IMG/VR virus record: IMGVR_UViG_3300042197_003121 | Strand: one strand, 5' to 3' | Length of the DNA: 20,000 nt | Source of the DNA: an uncultured virus (IMG/VR IMGVR_UViG_3300042197_003121) | Taxonomy: Duplodnaviria > Heunggongvirae > Uroviricota > Caudoviricetes | In this document: in pieces, positions 15,410 to 20,000 of the stretch | Numbering within the stretch: position 1 is the stretch's first letter | How the letters are laid out: each line of letters starts with the position of its first letter | Position numbers and translations under genes: made by a program | The notes under the pieces: model-generated | Databases searched by the model: none | What the model saw: the letters and a program-made list of their open reading frames with translations, nothing else | Told to the model about the DNA's origin: nothing

Positions 15410-15850
15410 ATGGGGTCTCCTAATAATCAATCTACTAGGACAGGCTTTTCAGTTCCTGCTCCGTCCCCATCAGCTCCTCCCCTTTCAGAAGAACTTCTCA
15501 GTGGACCGCTCTCTGGTATCGTGCAGATTCGTGATGAACAGTTAAAATATCGAGCAGATAAAGAACAACAAGCTCGTTTTGAACAAGCTCTTCGCAATAA
15601 ATCTCCCCAGACACAGAGCGAGCCTAAACCTACTCAGGATTCCCCCTCAGCTCCTCCTCAGCGTTCCACAGAAGCTGCACGAATGGCCGGAAGCTATTTT
15701 AGCAATCCGCCTTCTTTAATGTATATACAGAAAGATCCATTTCAAGAGATTAGTGACTTTGAAGCCAGGGAGATGGCTAAAATAATTGATCGAGAACGTA
15801 GGAATTCTTATCGTCCGCAAATGACATCTCGTGGAAGAAGGTTCAGGTAA
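15410..15850 (+). CDS. Hypothetical Pro/Ser/Gln-rich, likely disordered protein
   Basis: 146-aa ORF behind an AT-rich region containing TACAAT/TATAAT. Confidence 0.7.
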   Translation: MGSPNNQSTRTGFSVPAPSPSAPPLSEELLSGPLSGIVQIRDEQLKYRADKEQQARFEQALRNKSPQTQSEPKPTQDSPSAPPQRSTEAARMAGSYFSNPPSLMYIQKDPFQEISDFEAREMAKIIDRERRNSYRPQMTSRGRRFR

Positions 15851-15865
15851 TAAAAACAATTTTAT

Positions 15866-16075
15866 CTAGTCTCGACGATATAAATCTTTCATATACTCAT
15901 TCTTACCTCGAACGTAGCATTCTGCTACAAATTGTCCGAAATTTATGTTCTCAGGTAGGAGATGAGCGTCCTTCAGTCCATCCATCAAAGCAGAAGTTTC
16001 TAGACGCTCAGCGTTGGTCATCTCGATTGGTTGAAAGTATCTTGTCTTGGTGTGCGCTTCCATGGGATTATCCAA
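15866..16075 (-). CDS. Hypothetical protein (start uncertain)
   Basis: ORF converging on the plus-strand gene. Confidence 0.6.
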   Translation of the reverse strand: MDNPMEAHTKTRYFQPIEMTNAERLETSALMDGLKDAHLLPENINFGQFVAECYVRGKNEYMKDLYRRD

Positions 16076-16095
16076 CGGTTCACACCATTCTAATC

Positions 16096-16347
16096 TTAAC
16101 GATCGCTCTCAAACAATAACAATTTCTTAATCTCTTGATCGTTAGCTTTTAATAGTTTTGAAATTACAGATAACTTTTTCTCCGCATTCAAAGCCCTGGA
16201 GCTCCAATACACAAGAAAACGATTCGATTGATCTAATTCTGTCTCGAGTGCAGATTGAAAGATTGATGATGGACTGATATCAATGTCAGCCTCCCGCCAC
16301 CGCTCGTACAAAGCTTCTGGGATGCTGACAGAAATAACTTTTGACAC
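16096..16347 (-). CDS. Ribbon-helix-helix (CcdA/CopG-like) protein
   Basis: VISVSIPEALYERWRE..ISPSSIFQSALETEL. Confidence 0.7.
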   Translation of the reverse strand: MSKVISVSIPEALYERWREADIDISPSSIFQSALETELDQSNRFLVYWSSRALNAEKKLSVISKLLKANDQEIKKLLLFESDR

Positions 16348-16350
16348 AAT

Positions 16351-16386
16351 AAAAAAACCATGCTACCCACACAGGATAACATGGTT
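16351..16386 (-). terminator. Intrinsic terminator
   Basis: AACCATGTTATCC-loop-GGTAGCATGGTT followed by a T run. Confidence 0.7.
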
Positions 16387-16409
16387 GTGCAACTGATTCA
16401 CTTTTAAGT

Positions 16410-16604
16410 TCAGGTTAAAACTTTTAACCCCATTTGTTGTGTAGGTGTGACAGGCACTGGTTCGCTCACAGCTAATGCATCACATGCAAGGCGCATAGAA
16501 TTTGCAAAATGCTCTGCACTGTCAAGATCAGGAAATGCTGGTGAAAAGGTTCCCAGGTCTTGGTTATAAATGAAGACTACCCAGCTTGCAATTGGAAAAT
16601 TCAT
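16410..16604 (-). CDS. Hypothetical protein
   Basis: Likely start MNFPIA at 16604; contains FPDLDSAEHFA. Confidence 0.65.
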   Translation of the reverse strand: MNFPIASWVVFIYNQDLGTFSPAFPDLDSAEHFANSMRLACDALAVSEPVPVTPTQQMGLKVLT

Positions 16605-16665
16605 GGGATCCTTAGTGCCCGGACAGCCTAGCAAACCCTGGCACCGAACCGACTTTAAAAAATGA

Positions 16666-16842
16666 TTAAATTGATAAGATGATGGGACCTGACTTGAAAT
16701 ACAAATCGGGGTTGTTCAGGATCGTTTGGTCCGCATCTTCATGATCTGTAATCTTGATCACTTCGCTCCGCCCTGATGGGTTTTGAGCGAGCACAGCCCA
16801 CACCAGGCGATTGGTTTTCTCGCCGGAAATCATGTTGTTCAT
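16666..16842 (-). CDS. 58-aa hypothetical protein (MNNMISGEKTNRLVWAVLAQNP...)
   Basis: ATG-to-TAA ORF co-oriented with its neighbours. Not in the ORF track. Confidence 0.6.
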   Translation of the reverse strand: MNNMISGEKTNRLVWAVLAQNPSGRSEVIKITDHEDADQTILNNPDLYFKSGPIILSI

Positions 16843-16915
16843 TGCTTTTATTTCTACCTGCGTATCTTATTTTGCGGCGCCTACATCTACACTGTACAAC
16901 GCTTTGGCAAATGGA

Positions 16916-16965
16916 AAAACCATTGCTATGACTGGGATTTGAACCCATATCGTAGCAATGGTTTT
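16916..16965. terminator. Long hairpin, possible bidirectional terminator, capped by a T-loop-like sequence
   Basis: AAAACCATTGCTA ... TAGCAATGGTTTT; the minus-strand apex reads TGGG-TTCAAAT-CCCA. Confidence 0.6.
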
Positions 16966-17032
16966 GTTCCCGAAAGGGAAGAAATTGTTAAACTTGTAGC
17001 CTAGTTAACGTTTTGTTACCGATCGGTGTATT

Positions 17033-17218
17033 TCACAGCCAGTCGGGGTCGTCTAGCCAATTGTCTTCGAGCCAATTGTCTGCTTTTTGCTGGTGCTGGC
17101 TTTGGCTCAAGGCGGAGAGAGCGATCAGTTTGCCAATATTGGCACGGCCGCAAAGGGCTTGACTGACTTCTGCGTCGAGCATGTTCTGGAGCTGGTTCGG
17201 GGGGATGAAGAGGCTCAT
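17033..17218 (-). CDS. Hypothetical protein with DNWL repeat tail
   Basis: Likely start MSLFIPP at 17218, after a CA-rich leader. Confidence 0.65.
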   Translation of the reverse strand: MSLFIPPNQLQNMLDAEVSQALCGRANIGKLIALSALSQSQHQQKADNWLEDNWLDDPDWL

Positions 17219-17328
17219 GGTGTGTGCGTTTGGTTTGGGTGTGGAGCAGGTGGTTCTGCCCCACGTCAGAATCATAGCTCAACGGGGGAGTCTTATTTTG
17301 TGTCTTACGTGTCTCATGTTTTAGGAAG

Positions 17329-17354
17329 AAAAAACCGGAGTCATCACTCTCCGG
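17329..17354 (-). terminator. Intrinsic terminator
   Basis: CCGGAG-loop-CTCCGG-TTTTTT. Confidence 0.75.
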
Positions 17355-17407
17355 CTTAGGTTGCTTTCTGTAGCGATAAGAGCTTAGCACAGCGGATGAG
17401 ATCCATT

Positions 17408-17698
17408 TCACCCCCATAGCTCGAAGGCTTCTCGGATGAACCGAACTGTCTTCCTCTCCTGGGGTAAACCGTACTTCTCGGCGAGCTGTAAGATTTGGCG
17501 CTGTGTTGGGAACGGTTCCTGAGGGGTCGGCCTGTACGGTTCGGCGAGTTGACCGTCCGCATCGATGATTCCCATGTTCATTAGGAACTTTCGGGCATCC
17601 TCCGGCTTCTTGAGCTTTCGGATGAGTGTTTCCACTTGGTCTTCTGTGATGCGCTCATAAACCTGGAGCGCAAAGACATTAGCCTCTGAAGAAGTCAT
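17408..17698 (-). CDS. Hypothetical protein
   Basis: 96 aa containing ARKFLMNMGIIDADGQLAEPY. Confidence 0.7.
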   Translation of the reverse strand: MTSSEANVFALQVYERITEDQVETLIRKLKKPEDARKFLMNMGIIDADGQLAEPYRPTPQEPFPTQRQILQLAEKYGLPQERKTVRFIREAFELWG

Positions 17699-17990
17699 CC
17701 CATACCCCTGGATTGTTTTGGGTGTACTCAGCTACCTTTTTACTTTGTTCCTTTATCTTTTCTTTATATTCCGCTTCGAATTTTTGGTAGTTGGGATCGC
17801 ACATAGCGTTAAATGGTAGCCACCACGTACTGTCTTCACACCAGCTTGGGTCTCCTAGCTTCCAACAGCGGTGCCACTCTTCCCAAATCCAGAATTCACC
17901 TGAATCTGGATCGAGATCATCCCACGTTGGTTTCTCTTCGCTCCAAGTCCTGGGGCGCATCAGCATCGGTCTCATTATCAATCTTTTCAA
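17679..17990 (-). CDS. Trp-rich hypothetical protein
   Basis: 103-aa ORF overlapping both neighbours. Confidence 0.7.
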   Translation of the reverse strand: MKRLIMRPMLMRPRTWSEEKPTWDDLDPDSGEFWIWEEWHRCWKLGDPSWCEDSTWWLPFNAMCDPNYQKFEAEYKEKIKEQSKKVAEYTQNNPGVWDDFFRG

Positions 17991-18394
17991 TTAATGATTT
18001 GCTCTTCCAGTTCTCTCACCTTCTTCGCTTCGTTTCGCAACCAGTCAGCCGTTTCACCTGGGTCGCGATCATAATCAATGCTTCCTCGGTGCTCTGCAAT
18101 GTCTGCAATCAATTCAAACATTTGAGCAAGCTTTGGAGGCCAGAGGGAGCCGTATAAATCTAATTCAGACTGAATCCTTTTATAAAGAGGATCGTCTGAT
18201 TTTTGTGGTAAAGACTTATTTTCTTCAAAAAAATCCATCGATTTGACGGCATCTTCAATCATGAATTCAACGAAGGACTCATAATTCATTTTGAGCTTGG
18301 CACCCATCTCGACGAGTTTCCAGTGGATGTCGTCTTTGATTTCTAGGTCGTACCGATGCGTTCCTTCAGTTGGTGGGAATCCGTTGTAGGGCAT
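17987..18394 (-). CDS. Hypothetical protein, possible N-terminal RHH
   Basis: YDLEIKDDIHWKLVEMG...YESFVEFMIEDAV. Confidence 0.7.
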   Translation of the reverse strand: MPYNGFPPTEGTHRYDLEIKDDIHWKLVEMGAKLKMNYESFVEFMIEDAVKSMDFFEENKSLPQKSDDPLYKRIQSELDLYGSLWPPKLAQMFELIADIAEHRGSIDYDRDPGETADWLRNEAKKVRELEEQIIN

Positions 18395-18414
18395 GTGTTG
18401 TGCGTGTGGTTGGT

Positions 18415-18633
18415 TTACTTTTTAAGAGATTTGTGAATGGCTTCGACTTCACTTTTTAACATGGCATAAAGCCACATCAAAACAAAAGACTGTAGCCAAG
18501 TAAAAGAAAATGAAAAATGAAGAGCAACTGTAATTAAAACGCCAGCTAACAAATCTCCGATTAAACGAGCAATCAACTTTGCGTTAGAGTCGTCCACTTT
18601 GTCGGTTGATGGGTTTTGCAGCATCGGTCTCAT
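18415..18633 (-). CDS. Small membrane protein
   Basis: Two hydrophobic stretches. Confidence 0.65.
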   Translation of the reverse strand: MRPMLQNPSTDKVDDSNAKLIARLIGDLLAGVLITVALHFSFSFTWLQSFVLMWLYAMLKSEVEAIHKSLKK

Positions 18634-18657
18634 TATGAGATTCGTGTGTCTTACGCT

Positions 18658-18930
18658 TTAGTCGGCGTCGAATGAGTCATCTGTCATTTGCGGTTGAAAT
18701 GGGATAGGTTCCGGCAATGGGGCGAACTGTTCGACCATAGCTTCGAGCATCTCGCAGAACGTGTCAAGTCGAAGCTCTTGTTCGCCGTCGATGCCATCGA
18801 TGAAGATGGAATTTTCGAAGAGTTCGTCGATCGTATTAAGGATTCCCTCCAGCATGGAGACAATCTGGTAGTTCTTTTGTTCTAAGGTGTCTTTCGGCAT
18901 GGTGTCGATGATGAAGGTGTAGAGATTCAC
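18658..18930 (-). CDS. Acidic hypothetical protein
   Basis: 90-aa ORF; start uncertain. Confidence 0.7.
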   Translation of the reverse strand: MNLYTFIIDTMPKDTLEQKNYQIVSMLEGILNTIDELFENSIFIDGIDGEQELRLDTFCEMLEAMVEQFAPLPEPIPFQPQMTDDSFDAD

Positions 18931-18936
18931 TGCACT

Positions 18937-19299
18937 TTAGCGTGTGTTGCTTTGGTTGTCTTCTTTCTTTTGATTTTCTTGTTGTTGCTTGTGATACCAG
19001 GGTGCACTGATTTGGAGTGTACCTCCGAGGAGGTCTTGAGCTTTGGAGCTGTCAGGCTGATGTTCGGTGATGATGGGTTTGATGTAGGTGTCGTGGTCTT
19101 GGACCTCCCAGTCTTTGGTGATTTCTACGATTTGTCGATCGACTTTTGCCATCGTTTGTTCTGTTTTCCACGCAACCCAGTCAGGGAAGCAGTGAGATCG
19201 GATCATTTTGACGAGCCAATGGTTTGCCCACCTGGCGTCGAACTCGATGAGAATGTTTGTTATTTCATAGATGATGCCATTGATGGTGTGTGAAGACAT
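18937..19299 (-). CDS. Hypothetical protein
   Basis: 120-aa ORF. Confidence 0.75.
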   Translation of the reverse strand: MSSHTINGIIYEITNILIEFDARWANHWLVKMIRSHCFPDWVAWKTEQTMAKVDRQIVEITKDWEVQDHDTYIKPIITEHQPDSSKAQDLLGGTLQISAPWYHKQQQENQKKEDNQSNTR

Positions 19300-19329
19300 C
19301 TTTGGTTTGCAGGTATTTTGTTCATCCTA

Positions 19330-19728
19330 TTAGGATTCATCGGTAAGACGAAGTTGTATACCCTCTGCCGTACTTACAATTTTCATCTTTTTGTAAATTT
19401 CAGTTATTTTGAAATTTTCATCGATTCTAATGAAATTCTCAATAGGTAATTGATATTGAGAATCAATGAGGTTGTTAGGGTCGATGTTGCTGATGGAGTA
19501 GTGGTAGCCTTCAGGGGTGATGAAACCGCCAAAAAACCCCATATTTGATCGATCTGCTGTCTCTCTCATATCTGCAAGAGCTCTCATTACTTTTAAGTAT
19601 TGAGGGTTGATTGAAGTTTGATACGAGAGGTTTTTCTTGGGGTCAAGATCAGATTGGAAGTGTTCCATGAATTGATCGACCAAGATGGGATTGTGGTGGC
19701 GAAAAATGTGAATCTGTGGTGCAGACAT
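19330..19728 (-). CDS. Hypothetical protein
   Basis: 132-aa ORF. Confidence 0.75.
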   Translation of the reverse strand: MSAPQIHIFRHHNPILVDQFMEHFQSDLDPKKNLSYQTSINPQYLKVMRALADMRETADRSNMGFFGGFITPEGYHYSISNIDPNNLIDSQYQLPIENFIRIDENFKITEIYKKMKIVSTAEGIQLRLTDES

Positions 19729-19744
19729 TTGGTTCTATTCTTCC

Positions 19745-19885
19745 TTACGTGTAGATAAGACGGAAGGTTTTATTCTGTTCTTTCAACATTTGTATTGCTT
19801 CTTTCCAATCAGGGTCTGTACGTTTGTAGCTCGCGGTTACCCTTTTGTTGTCGTAGAAATACGCTATCGTGATGGTGTTGTTCAT
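19745..19885 (-). CDS. 46-aa hypothetical protein (MNNTITIAYFYDNKRV...)
   Basis: ATG after a CA-rich leader, co-oriented with neighbours. Not in the ORF track. Confidence 0.6.
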   Translation of the reverse strand: MNNTITIAYFYDNKRVTASYKRTDPDWKEAIQMLKEQNKTFRLIYT

Positions 19886-19945
19886 GAGTGTTTGCTGGTG
19901 TGTGCAGGTGGCGGCGGGCCACAGACAGGATAGCGGATCAACATG

Positions 19946-19970
19946 AAAAAACCCGCTATGTCAGCGGGTT
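19946..19970 (-). terminator. Intrinsic terminator
   Basis: AACCCGCT-GACAT-AGCGGGTT-TTTT. Confidence 0.8.
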
Positions 19971-20000
19971 GAGACGAACTGTAGTAGTGAAGGGGACTAC

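Noticed and set aside
16675..16812. Possible structured RNA or hammerhead (CTGATG) on the plus strand
   Set aside because: The core reads CTGATGG without a properly placed GAAA, and the region is explained by a 58-aa minus-strand ORF.
1..20000. Amber (TAG) recoding suggested by the CUA-containing tRNA-like element
   Set aside because: Conserved genes (polA, thyX, deaminase) are uninterrupted in the standard code, and TAG ends genes at expected positions.

Overview
This window looks like part of a dsDNA cyanophage genome, probably infecting freshwater picocyanobacteria (inferred from gene content). It starts with a plus-strand Ser/Thr-rich putative virion protein. Most of the rest is a dense minus-strand early/replication region: T7-like family A DNA polymerase, ThyX, dCMP deaminase, tandem-OB SSB, a DUF5895-like protein, a Gp157-like protein, a metallophosphoesterase, an Asp/Asn beta-hydroxylase-type 2OG-Fe(II) oxygenase, an HNH protein, AbrB/RHH/HTH regulators and many small hypotheticals. 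The most interesting signals are non-coding or regulatory. (1) An NblA-like gene sits behind a canonical NtcA-type promoter (TGTA-N8-TACA, N21, TAGAAT). (2) A compact, apparently double-pseudoknotted RNA lies in the 5' leader of the 2OG oxygenase gene, downstream of a near-consensus sigma70 promoter. (3) A ~300-nt structured RNA (manA-like by recollection) runs directly into an aberrant tRNA-like element with CUA in its anticodon loop. All family calls come from reading motifs by eye; no searches were run.
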